From Botryllus schlosseri (Eukaryota), in assembly GCA_051294905.1 (NCBI GenBank), contig CM119371.1, forward strand, positions 372,001 through 436,000: 64,000 nt of DNA, read 5' to 3'. Under the pieces are notes generated by a model that had not been told where the DNA came from, made no database searches, and was given only the letters and a program-made list of their open reading frames with translations. The translations under genes and the position numbers were made by a program. Positions 40,353-52,900 of this stretch are shown piece after piece (positions within the stretch are counted from its first letter, which is position 1; each line of letters starts with the position of its first letter).

Positions 40353-40615
40353 GCTATGGCAGAATTGCTGACGAACTAAACAATATATATTGAAAATGTG
40401 ACAACGACGTATTCAAATACACAAATACATGCAGAAAAACACGAGTGATAATTCAACTGACTACATGATAAAGTTGTTAGTTTGGCTATAAAAACTCACT
40501 ACACCAAACATGGTTTAATACCAATCACTAGCCGCGTTGCTACAAGAGATGAAAGATTTGGATATAGCCTAATATATAAAAATTAAATAATTTTTTTTCA
40601 ATACTTTCTGATCAC

Positions 40616-41156
40616 CAGGGTTGTAACCAAGTCACAAGGCTCCGAGTCACAAGTCAATCTCACTTTTTTAGTTTTGACTCGAGTCAAGTCGAGTCATTTC
40701 AATTCACCACCGAGTCAAGTCCGAGTCCAAGTCAGCGAGCAGAGTGCCAAGTCCGAGTCATGGAATTATGACTCGAGTCCTAGTCCAAGTCATTGTGTTG
40801 ACTGCTCAGTTTCCAGTTGAAGTCTTGGCAAACCCATTTTTATAGCTCTGTTTGGTGATATCGAATGGTTAGCATTTATAATATGCCAATTTTCGTCACT
40901 TTAAGGAGTTTATGGTCGCATTTTCAAGTACGAGTACCAACAGACGAAATCCCAATAGTGTGTTGGCTTCAGAATTACAATGAAATATCGGTCTTGGCCG
41001 TCTGAGTCTCGAGTCAATGACTTGGTTCGAGATGAATGACTCGAGTCGAGTCATTTCCGTATTTTGAATATATGACTCGAGTCAAGTCGAGTAATCAGAA
41101 AATCGTGAGTCGAGTCGGACTCGAGTCGGTTCATGACTCGAGTCATTACAACTCTG
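40616..41156 (-). mobile_element. Family A MITE, inverted
   Basis: cagggttgtaa / ttacaactctg; perfect TSD ctgatcac (40608-40615, 41157-41164). Confidence 0.92.
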
Positions 41157-41477
41157 CTGATCACCCCATTAAATTTATAGTTTTTCGACAGAAACGCTGC
41201 CAAACAAATTTGGTCAATTCCAACCAATGGAAGCGGAGTTATTGCAGTCGAAAAATTAGGATATGAAAAAATTAATAACCTGCCCACCGTGAATACGACA
41301 CCAATTATTCATATCCAAATTTCCGACTGCAATAACTCTGCTTCCACTGGTTGGAATTGAGCTAAATGTAGGATTGATGTTGAAACTTCTCAAAGCTTCA
41401 AAAGCGTGTTCGACTTTTCATGCTTGAAATTTATGAATGGGTATCAGAGCTATCTTCTAACTTCTAATATTTACGCA

Positions 41478-41557
41478 GGGATTTATCAGATCTCGTATCA
41501 CTCGAGATTCAGTGATAACTACATCGCGTCGATCTTTGTATTGAACAGGAGAAGTTG
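41478..41557 (-). pseudogene. RBM28: RBM28 pseudogene copy 3, start of RRM4 exon (truncated)
   Basis: tttcag acceptor; QYKDRRDVVITESRVIRDL vs RBM28 VRIKECRVMRDL; paralogous to 16044-15990. Confidence 0.65.
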
Positions 41558-42363
41558 CTGAAATAGGATGGCATCATTTTATCAAAGAACTCATAGAGTA
41601 AACATGTTAGCCGATTCCAAAGAAGAGCAACACATTCGACTCCGCTATTTTGGACAGTGTTGTTCTGCTCCCTTTTGGCCAAATTAAGTCGAGACACTGC
41701 TTTGTTCAAGTTAACCGGAAATTTAATTGCCCCTCCATGGCTGTGCATTACTGTATTAGGACTGTTCAAGAATAAGCTTTTTTCTGGATTCCACTCATTC
41801 GGTGAATAAATAGTCAGGTTACCCTAAAAAACGCTGCACACCAAATTTGGTTCAATTCTGACAAGTATAAGGCTCCGCAGATAAAATTAAAATTTTCAAT
41901 TTGCCAGTGAAGATATAAAAAAAAAACAATCAAGGATAATAATCAGAGAATTATCAACGAAAAACTCGAATAACTTCTCTTCTACTAGTTGGAATTGACT
42001 GAAATTTGTTTTGCATCGTTTTTGAAGACAGCTCAACAATATCATGGGGTTGACAGTAACAATTTGAATTTATTTTTTAATTTGACCTAATAAATTAAAT
42101 ATTTGAATCTAATTTTAAAAATTGTGTAGCTTTAACTGTGATTCTGATCTAATTTGAAAAAAAAAAGTCTAATTATAATTTTAAATGTAGTACAATTTGT
42201 ACAAAAAAACTGTAGCTTTTAGCTATCATTCTAATTCCAATCTAATTTGAATTTGAAAATGATCTAGTTGTCCCAATCGGTTATCGTGTGAACCCCGGTT
42301 AGAAACCCCTGCTGCAAGTTAGCTTGATGAGACAGTATGCTAATAATTGTGGTTATGACATAC

Positions 42364-42508
42364 CTTCAGCTTTTGACACTTCTAGTAAGATTGTCAGCAC
42401 ATAATTGAGTTGTACGTCTGCATTTTTCAGTTTGGCCCGATTTGCATTTTCAATCTTCACATGTTTCTTCCATTCTGTTGCGTTGCGACCTTCAAGGGGC
42501 TTGCGTTT
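42364..42508 (-). pseudogene. RBM28: RBM28 pseudogene copy 3, GTxAAEG-to-NLP exon
   Basis: tgtgtag/gtatgt bounded; EGRNATEWKKHVKIENANRAKLKN, then DNLTRSV in a shifted frame; paralogous to 17621-17769. Confidence 0.75.
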
Positions 42509-43413
42509 CTACACAGAAAAATCACATGTGGTCATGCAGTCTGCATCGCACTTTTCTACAAGTGTTAATCGGAGGTGGCTACCTAGCTTCACGCTGGGTT
42601 GCTATGACTCGATTTACCGGTGACTCAACTTGCCTCGAGCAATTTCTTCAACAGACTTGACTTTAGGGTTACCATATTCTGGAATCGGGAAAGGGGGACA
42701 CTTTTTCAGAATATTCAAACTTGGAGAAGGCAAAATTATGTTAAAATTGTAGCGTTGGGCCAAAAATTGTCTAAATTGTTTACAAAGTAATAACTTTTTT
42801 GCAACCTGCGTTTCGTTCATTTTGTATATTTTGCAGTGTCTGTGAACTTGTCATTTGACATGTCACCGCTTGTAGCCTACTTTATAGGCCTGCAGTTGTA
42901 GACGGCCCATTGTCTGCTTATTGTGAATCGTAAACATTCAATTGAAACAAATAGGTCAACATGGTGCTCAACGTACCGCAATATCCCAACTGAAGCTACA
43001 CTGCGTGGACATTGCAAGGTTCTTATATCAAGAAGTGTTGTGCTACTAAACATTTTAATTATTTCTACCATAATCCGTGGTGTAACTTCTGCAATTCTTC
43101 ATAGGGCCAGATTTTGTTAAAATAAAGTTTGAAAAATTTTCAGTTATCGATGCAAAAAAGTTTTTTTCTGGCCATACTACTTCGTAAGGAAAGACAGTTC
43201 CAACCGGAAATGAAGACAATTCTAACGTTATGTGGGAAAACACCTCATTTGTATACATTATTTTTTTTAAATCTGTCAAAAATGTAAAAATATTGATTTT
43301 TAGCTCAAAATCGTTCATTTTTAGGTTAAAAATAAGCCTAGTCAAAACCATACACGTCATCAAATTCTCCGTTGGGATTGCCAGCATTCTGATTGCATTT
43401 GCATTTTCCTTAC

Positions 43414-43503
43414 CGTTCAGTGAGTCGATACAATTTGAAACTTTGTCGAAGGTGAGGTCTTGAATCGGACGAGAGCACATCGCTTGGACATGCCAATGGC
43501 GAT
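43414..43503 (-). pseudogene. RBM28: RBM28 RRM3 RNP1 exon copy, out of order
   Basis: IGMSKRCALVRFKT, frameshift, NCIDSLN, gtaagg donor; flanking intron matches 32560-32700. Confidence 0.7.
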
Positions 43504-44165
43504 CTGAATAGAAAATGTCATAGATGTGACAGCAACGTATTGAATTTGAAACATATGAATACAAGCAGGAAAATAATGTTCATGCATCTGAGATCTTTAT
43601 GATCATACATACAACACACTTGACCTCAAAAAGAAACCATCAAGTTTCGCATTAAATTCAAATTTCTGATATTTATTTATTTATTTGATATTTTTGGTAT
43701 TTGGCATCGCCATGACCCAACATATCCATCACTGTTTCAATTCAATAGTGAAAATCGCCTAATAGTTTTATGGTCTTGTTCTACGTTCACTTTAGTTACA
43801 GCAAGTAGTAGAGGTGGACCGACATCGACCTAGCCGATGATCGAGGCCAATGTTTGGAACATCGCTCCGAGTTCTCAGTCTCAGGAAATCGACGACACAA
43901 AGGGGGCTGCGTGACAGATTGCCCTTGCAGGACAAGTTGAACTGGGTGAGCATGCAGTGAAACTATGCTTCCTGCATCACAGCCTACCTCTACTGGACTG
44001 ATCTGTGATTCTGCATCATCTTTTGCTCTTTGGGATATCCCATATTTCAATGAATGTGCACAATTAAGCAATAATAGTTTTCAATAGTTTTCTAGTTTAT
44101 TGATCAGCTTTCTGTGGCATGTACAAGGGACAACTACCCTAATCGAACAGAACAGAACAGAACAG

Positions 44166-44778
44166 TAGGGCTGTTCGAAAAAATCTTTTTTTTCTGAATC
44201 TTGTTGGTTGCATCATTAAATCATTAGTTTGGCTTAAAAAACGATGCACACGAAATTGGAATTCATTCCAACCGGTAAGCGCGGACTTTGACCAGTTTGA
44301 AAATCTTGAATATACCCAAAAATGCAAAAAAAAAATTCAAATTTTTGGTCAACCCCAAGAAATTGTTGCGCTGTCTTCAAAAACGATCCAAAACAAATTT
44401 GACTCAATTCCAACCAGTAAAATCGGGGACATTTGAGTTTTTCTTTGATAATTCTGGGATTATCCTTGATCGGTGGATAATCCAAGAATTATCAACGAAA
44501 AACTCGAATAACTCTGCTTCTACTAGTTGGAATCGAGTCAAATTTGTTTTGGATCGTTTTTGCAGACAGCGCAACAATTTCCCGAGGTTGACATAAAAAT
44601 TTGAAAATTATTTTTTATGGCATTTTTAGGTAAATTCTAAATTTTCACACTGTACGAATTACGCTCTTACCGGTTGGAATGAATTCAAATTTTGTGTGCA
44701 TTGTTTTTTATGGCAACCTAATGATTTAATCACGTAGCTAACAAGGTTCAGGAAAAAAAGTTTTTTTGAACAGCCCTA
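44166..44778. mobile_element. Fully palindromic MITE with TAGGGCTGTT termini
   Basis: tagggctgttc / gaacagcccta; arms pair to the centre near 44460-44475 (gataattctgggattatcc / ggataatccaagaattatc). Confidence 0.85.
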
Positions 44779-45414
44779 CCGCACAGCCTGTCGTAGTGGT
44801 CTGGCGGAAGAGATGGACATGGCCTATTTGCACCATTCACCCATGATTCAGCAACTACATGATACTGCATTACAGTTGTTCCAGACGCTAATGAATAGCT
44901 TTGCACAGCATAGAGGCAACTAGAGCGGAACATGGCGTTACTAAAAAATCATGACTTTGGAGTTCCAATACAGCAGTTTTCTGAAGAAAATAGCTACAAC
45001 CAAAAAAATTCATGATATTATCTTTAATTTGATATCACTTCATTTTTGGAGCGAAGTGACCCTTGAAAACAATAATTTTTGAATATTTTTGTACGACAAC
45101 ATTTTTCAACAACTGATGCTTCAGCAATACCTAAACATGTTTTGCATTTTGGAAAACATTATGCATGTAAATGCTGGTTTTATTGTTTCAATTAGGGTCA
45201 CCTCTAAAGAGGTTGCCGACCGCAGACTTGGCCAACTCGATAATTCTCGTCGTCTAATTTTACTAAATTAGATCGAAATGCCAGTCATCTAATTCTAATC
45301 TAAATTGGAAAAGTCAAAAATTTTCTAGTTTTTCAAGTCTGACCGACCGGTGGTCTAGAGTAGGTCAGCCCCACGATACTGAAATACTTTTGCTGAATAA
45401 TAGACCGCACATAC

Positions 45415-45537
45415 CTGGTCATAAGAGACCGTCCCTGCCTGGATACAAATCCCTCTTGCCATCTTTCTCATTCCTTCATTTCTTTGTCTGCTCAAAGCTT
45501 GATCAACCCGAATCTCATTCCCTTCCAGGTTGTTGCC
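45415..45537 (-). pseudogene. RBM28: RBM28 pseudogene copy 3, exon after RRM3 core
   Basis: GNNLEGNEIRVDQALSR, deletion/frameshift, KRDLYPGRDGLL*; flanks match 30990-31630 and 21020-21300. Confidence 0.75.
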
Positions 45538-45907
45538 CTACAGCGGTAGTCATGAAGTCACACATATGTTGACAGACAGACTTGTACAAACTATCATCCA
45601 GTTAGTGGGTGATCAACTAACCACTGAATATTTAGTAGTTCTGGTTCTAGTTGAGGATTTCGGAAAGTGGAGAGTTTCAGTTGCGCATTTCAGAAAATAA
45701 TTTGTGGTACAGTGATTTGCGTACCGGTACTCGAATCTGAGTCAAGTACCGTAACTGTAATGATTCGAGTCGATCAGTGAAAGACGATTTTTTGGACTAA
45801 TGAAACTTTACGCCCAGTTCCATCGAAAAGTTATAATTGCATCAACTTTCTGAAACCTCGATTAGTTGTATCCCAACATACGAAACATATTGTACAAAGC
45901 TATGCAC

Positions 45908-47548
45908 TAGGGTTGTTCATAATTTGGAAAATCTTACGAATCCTCCGTTGTAATGTCTTATTCTATAGATTATTGATAAAAAACGACACTGAGCCTGAAA
46001 GAAGCTTACAGGAAGGCCGTTAAGATTTCGTGCAAAGCGTTTGAAAGTAGCTACCGAAGAATGGGCGTACCACCTACCATAGAACGGCAAGAAGACTGGC
46101 AATCACGAAACCACGGCTCTTGATTGGCTAATCGGCTATGCTTCAATGACCACGACAGCAGCAGCTTGCCGCGTAGGTGATCAAGGAGTCTGCTACCGGC
46201 GGCGATTCTGAAAGCGCATTGTATGTAGGTTGACAGATAATGATTTAGGATTAATTCAGGGAATGTTGAGGTACGAAATACATGATGAACAGACAACAGC
46301 TGCTTCACAAAAACGTCTAAAGCATGATCGCTTCATTGTGAAGGGAACCGCCGTAGCCTATATGCCTTGTTCTCAACGAGTGAAAGCATAGGCTCTTATG
46401 CAAGTAGCGACGGATTCCTAGTTTCAGAAAGAATATATCATTATTGAATACAAATATAAAGCTTAACAATGACACTATAATTTGTGTTATCTTATTGGGC
46501 TCAGGTTGTAGTACATAGTTGAAGTTTTGAAAGCTCTAAGAATCGGCTGAATCAGCGGGTTATGCTTGACTCTTGTCAGATGCTTGCATCAAAATGTTTT
46601 CTCTTGCAAGTGTTGTCAAAGTCCTTGATGATGACGCAGAAAAGAGGTGTAAAAGTAAGCACATACTATGCTGAACAGGATATGTCAAAGTCCTTAATAA
46701 TCGCACATAACAGGGGTGTTAAGGTAGGCACAGGCAATGCTGCATAGTGCATAGCATGCAGCATAGTTTGTACATCATATCAAGCATAGTCTGTGCTTGC
46801 ATTTAAACCTCGTTTCTGCGGCATCATTAGGGACTTTGAAAACACTTACAAGTGAATTCAATTTTGCTGTGAACGTCTGATGAGTGCCAAGCCTAAACGT
46901 TTGATTCAGCCGATCCTTAGAGTATTCAAAACTTCAATTATGTTCTACAACCTGAGCCCAATAAGATCACACAAATTATAGTGTCATTGTTAAGCTTTAT
47001 CTTTGTATTCAATAATGATATAGCCTTTCTGAAACTAGGAATCCGTCGGTATTTGCATAAGCGCCTATGCTTTCCCTCATTGAAAACAAGGCATATAGGC
47101 TACGGCGGTTTCCTTCACAATAAAGCGATCATGCTTTAGACGTTTTTGTGAAGCAGCTGTTGTTTGTTCATCATGTATTTCGTACCTCAACATACCCTGA
47201 ATCAATCCTAAATCATTATCTGTCAACCGACATAAAATGCGCTTTCAGAATCGCCGCCGATAGCAGACTCCTTGATCAACGACACAGCAAGCTGCTGATG
47301 TCGTGGTCATTGAAGCATAGCGGATTAGCCAATCAAGAGCCGTGGTTTCGTGATTGCTAGTGTTCTCGCCGTTCTATGGTCGGTGGCACGCCCATTCTTC
47401 GGCAGCTACTTTCAAACGCTTTGCACGAAATCTTAACGGCCTTCCTGTGAGCTTCTTTCAGGCTCAGTGTCGTTTCTTATCAATAATCTATAGAATAAGA
47501 CATTACAACGGAGGATTCGTAAGATTTTCCAAATTATGGACAACCCTA
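45908..47548. mobile_element. 1.64-kb palindromic (foldback) hAT-type element inserted in a family C MITE
   Basis: tagggttgttcataatttgg / ccaaattatggacaacccta; arms reverse-complementary to a centre near 46750; perfect 8-bp TSD ctatgcac (45900-45907, 47549-47556). Confidence 0.95.
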
Positions 47549-47899
47549 CTATGCACGTTAGCGTCAATGACATTTCTGTGTAGCTGTGATCGTAAAGCCA
47601 AATGAAGTATTTTCAAAAAATACCAAATCATCATTATGTGGTGAAGAGCTGGCATTATGTTTCGTAGTTGCATGAAAAGTAGGCTACATAGTCAAGCTTA
47701 TGGGTCTCCCATATACTTATATCGTCATCATGAGTGATTATAATCACATATATCATATATCAAATACTCGACGTGAAGCCTAATTCAGAATAGAATCACT
47801 CATGCACAATGTATTCACTCATGTAAGTCTAGTAATTACGAGCAAACCTTTTTCTGCATGATTATGTCTCCAGCATCATTGTCCATCGGTAATTCCATT

Positions 47900-49990
47900 T
47901 CAAGTCAACAACTGTGCAGTGACCCAATAGGTCTCAGATTTTCATGTCATTTTAGGAGTGAATCTGGTATCTAACACTGAGGGTTGAAAACATGATTTTT
48001 TCAATATTCATACACTGAAACCATTTTGTGCTCACTCAACGATGAAGTTTAATTCCCGGTACCATAGTTTCATATTCCCTGTTACAGTACGGTCATAAAA
48101 CAGTGTGCCGGTATTAAAGTAGTTAAGAGCGGATGATGGCTTTTAATAACAGATTACAAGAAACTCTTGATATTGAAGGGAAAATTTTCAACAAACAAAT
48201 GGAGTCAGGGGTCAGTATCAGTCTTAATAGCCTACCCCTTTCAATATCCATCATGCGTGACAAGAACTTGGAACATTTTAAGCGCTATTCTGTCTACATA
48301 AAAATTGGAAGCAACTTGTTATATAAAAGCTGGTTTGGGAGAGAAATGTGACTTACATGTTGTGCCTAATAATATGTAATTGGTAGGCTAATAGGCCTAG
48401 TCTAAATCAACTTCATATATAGATACTTCCGACTCCAATCTGTAATTCAATTTCAGATCAAACAAAAATTACACTGGGTATAAATAAAGTTTCAAATTTT
48501 GCAAATATTTGGATCAAGACATTATGAAGTATGAGTTGATATGATTAAAAAGCAATTTATCTTAACGGAATACCGGTAGGCCAACATGAGCGTTATCAGG
48601 TTATCCCATTAAAAAAAGCTTTTTCTGCTTATTTAACCTTGAAATGAAAGTTTTTCAAGCTGATTTGAAATTGTCTGTAAATGAGATACTTTGGCAATAA
48701 ATAGTTGTTCTTGTTGTTATGTTACATAAGTTGATTGATTTTATCATGCAAGAGTTGAGGTAATCATTTCAGGTACACAGCCCCTAATGTCTCCCTCTCA
48801 TTTCTGTCTATATCGTAGGCCTACTTCAAAAGCTTTGTGAAGGTTGTCACATGAATTCTGTTGCAACATGGAGCATGTACTTAAGTAATGAGTTAGATGC
48901 CAAAATTCTGTAACTAGAATATGGAGCATAATTTTCAGCTAAATCACCACATTTTTATAATCTGAAATATTCCCTGTAGTCCGAGTTTGTAAGTAAATAT
49001 TACATAAAAACTCCTTTCCTAAAGATTCTATGCGGCAGGTATTATACGACACTATTTACCAAAATATTCAGGCAAACAGAAATGATAGGAAGAGTTATGA
49101 AATATTTTTACACGCAGCGATTTCCATGGGCTTCACCTTCAGCTACGTTCTTGGCTGGGCACCAAAGATGAATATTTTCTCGCTGGCTTGCTGAATTTAT
49201 CAATTTATACAACATGACAACATTCTCAGGTATAAGTAGCTCATTTATAGAGACACAAGTTCAGATCTACATGAAAAAAGCACTTGGATTTCACGGTTAA
49301 ATGAGCAGAAAGCTTGTTTTCATCACGCGATACCTTGAAAAACTTCATTCAAAATGGATACCGGTAGCTCAGCTATAGCATTTTACAAGGTGATGAGTCA
49401 AATTTCAGCAAAATCTGCAACTTGATGGAGACCGAATTTCTCTTTGGTTCATTTCACATAGAATTACCTATATACAGCAGTCACAAACAATCGAGTAAGC
49501 TGGCTTGATCATGGCTTAAGGTTCAACTTAATCAGACTTGCAGCATCATTTTACATTCAGTAATTGCATTCTCAAGTGAGGCAGGAACGAACGATCGATA
49601 CTCCATGGAAACTCGCAAATCATGTTTGATAGAAGCTGTAAGCCAATATGTTATCGGTGTCTCGTACGGACTAAACCGTCTACTGAATACACACAGGTGT
49701 GAAGCAAGACGCTGAGAACCGTCTTGGCACACCAAACATATTACTCTAAACGTATCAGGATTCCATTTTCGGGCATAAACACTTCTTCCTTGGCGAGAGC
49801 GATTTTCAGAGTCCGGGGTACCGGTATTGACTATCAAGCCATGTTACCATTTCAAAAGATTTCACATCACACTAAACCTTTCGTAACAAACATATGCAGC
49901 CAGAGGCCATCACAATTTCGAGTTGGTAACCTCTATTCCTATCGATATACCAAGACTGTACTATTGTATGTGAGCATAGTAGAAGCGTGA
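47900..49990 (-). pseudogene. Heavily decayed gene, possibly NACHT/NLR-like
   Basis: Long non-repetitive stretch with coding-like fragments (LASHLCVFS..PYETPITYWLT, SAHLTVK resembling FxHLT) and a GT-AG intron ~48356-48295; many stops. Confidence 0.25.
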
Positions 49991-52900
49991 AACGGTATGC
50001 CAATAAAGCACTGGTCTACAATCAATCAAAGCTTTACCCAGTAATATAAGTGAATCAGCCTGTACTCTGAAACATATTAGCTATATCTCCAACGTCCGAT
50101 CGAATTAAAACTGATATTAGTACACTCAATCAGCTGATTTCATTCCATGTTTTGACTCAGAGCCATTCATGCACGTGAGACATTAGCTCCACCACGCGGA
50201 AGAACGAAAGGCGTTAAATCGATAACATCATGCAGTTCGATATTACATTTCCTTCATAACCTATTTGGTTTTGTCATCTCTCCTAATTTTATTCTCCTGT
50301 ACATGTCGTTATCATCGGATAAGTCGATAAAGCGCACACTCGAATAGGGTACGTATTATAAGCATTTAAAAGAACTATACTGCTAGAAAAGTTAGGAGCC
50401 ATCGATGCATGACGTCCTTGGAAGCCGAGGAGACGAGGAGACCGCTTGCCAAGTAACCACTGTACATATCGTTTTGCACTTGCCCTAAGCCAGGGGCGGG
50501 CAACTTGTCCGGTCAGTGAGCCGCATATGGGAAAATTAGGCACTTGGCGGGCCAGATTACAGAATATATACAATTATATGTTATACCTTAATCGCGTATT
50601 TATCCACCGCTACAAGGAATCAATTGTGTTTAATACCAGCTATCCGACAGTCGTCGAGCATGTCCGCATTCAAGTCGAAATACAAGCAATTTCTCCTAAA
50701 TCAATACTAGCCAGTCTTCGGTATTACCGGACCACGACCTAACATCGACCTCGCCCTTCGCCACATGCCACCTCATTTTGTCACTTGTGTCTTATATTCT
50801 CTGCATTCCTTTTCAGTCAGTATGTCCATTCCTCTTATTTACTTCGCCTAGGCTAAGGTTGGTGTCTGATCTTAATGGCTGCTTCAAGTTGTTTCGACGC
50901 CTTGCTATCTTCGCATTGTATCGCAGTCTTGTGATGTTTTGAAACGATGAAAATAATAATAAACCTGATTGATTGATGTAAACTTCAAGTTTAAAGCATA
51001 GAGATCAAAAAGAGTATTTCATGAATTTATTTACAACAGTTATTGAAGTCAATTAGACATCTATGGTCACTCAATACTAGATTTTTGAACTCTGATTGCA
51101 TGTCATATGCAAATACCCTTAGTGAAGACTGCTAATGTTCGTGGCAGTGTTGGGATTTAGTCACTGCCTTCGAATCACAAGTCATCTCGAATCATTGCAC
51201 ATTTTGACTCGAGTCAAGTCAAGTCACTCGATTTTTGGAGGTGACCCAAGTCAAGTCAAGTCAAGTCACGAGTCATTCAAGTTGAAATTTCAAAGTACTA
51301 GATATGATTCAAATTCATTACTAGGGCGATTTTTTTGACACTTCAAAAGAAGTCAAATTTTGTTTTACATAACGAGTTTGATTTATTTAGCTGTTCTTGT
51401 GTAAATCACACTAGCATGTAACTTAGTTACTCCCGCCATTTACCGGCTTCAAAAATCTAGCGTTTTTCGGCTATAACTCGTTTTGTATTCACAATAGGGA
51501 AAACTTTCTTCTTAAGACTGATAGAAACATGATGTTCTGGCAGCTTTCATGACCCCATGACTAGTGGTTGTCGATATGGGCAATTCACCCCCTCTTGCAC
51601 AGACATTGGGTAATACCGGCTTGAAAATAGAGGCAGTCCCCTAAAACCAATTTTTATTGAAGTTTCAAGTCATTTTTCGGGACTTGAAAACCCCCTTTTT
51701 TAGGATTTGAAAAAAGGTCATTTTCACTCCACCCTACAACGCATGCCTATTAACATTCCAACATTTAACAACAAATGACGATACACATTCTCACTTCTTC
51801 ACCAAGTTTACCTACCTCTCATTCGAATTAAGTTCTGACACACGAAACAATTGTCTGGCATATATCCAGATTGCTATACAATCTTTTGTCAAATTGTTCG
51901 CGTTAAATAAACCAAAGAAAATGCAAGGCTCAAATAACTGATTGATATTTATTTCAAATCGATTCTATACATTTCATAACAAGAAAACGCAGCCCAATAC
52001 AACATAAAATCACGGAAATTTCAGCCACTACTCTCTAAGTCTAAGATGCAGATACTGATTAGCAGTCATTAACAATACTCTTGAGTTATAATGAGTTGCG
52101 GATAATGTCAGTATAATTGCAAATTAGTCACAATGGACAGTAAGCGTAATTTATAGAATGTCAAGTAGCAAATCAAAATATCTCAGTAAAAAGGGTACAT
52201 TGAATCACATCCATAAGATTATCTGAAATTTCGATTGTTATGGATTAACAATTTGCCTCTTTTTCTGTTAACTATGGTGTATAAAGTCATTTAGAAGGAA
52301 TTAATCACATCAATATTAAACGAGGTCATCAAGAGAAATGAGCCAATTATATTATGCTCGAAGCATTTAGAATCACAAAGGTAGCAGCAAACTTGGTCAT
52401 TGGTCATAAAAGCCAGAAAAATCGTTGGCTCGAAGTATACAGCGACCGTCATTCTACAGAATAATATCAAGGCCTTGAAATATTTTGGTAATGAAAGTTT
52501 TAAACTCGGTAAGTATACCTTTCAACACACTCCAGAAGTCAACTGTACTAAAGATATAGAGAAAGATCACTAGATCATGATGGAACATGGAGAATCCTAC
52601 ATAATTGACATTACAATGGATTTCATATACTACACTACATTCATTTTCAACAAAATTTTTAATTTTATATTTTTTTAGGGTTTTGTGAAGTATTAAATTT
52701 CTATCATAATCCATCACACAAAACGTAAAGACAGTACACAGTACACACTGCACAGTACACATCTCACAATATAACACTTTTATCATTTTTCCATATATAT
52801 GATTTTTATGTAATTTTCATCATAATCAATTATTTTTTGGGTGTAGGACGATGGTATATATTTATTTTATCCCGCGAGTCGATCCCAACTTGCGAGTAAA

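Noticed and set aside
43055..43564. 169-aa minus-strand ORF
   Set aside because: Chance read-through of intron, a frameshifted RBM28 exon and adjacent probable TE sequence
45917..47605. Mirror-image ORF pairs as duplicated genes
   Set aside because: By-product of the palindrome; no recognisable protein motifs
50750..50978. Possible LINE 3' tail (aataaacctgattgattgat)
   Set aside because: No reverse-transcriptase relic or TSD identified to support it
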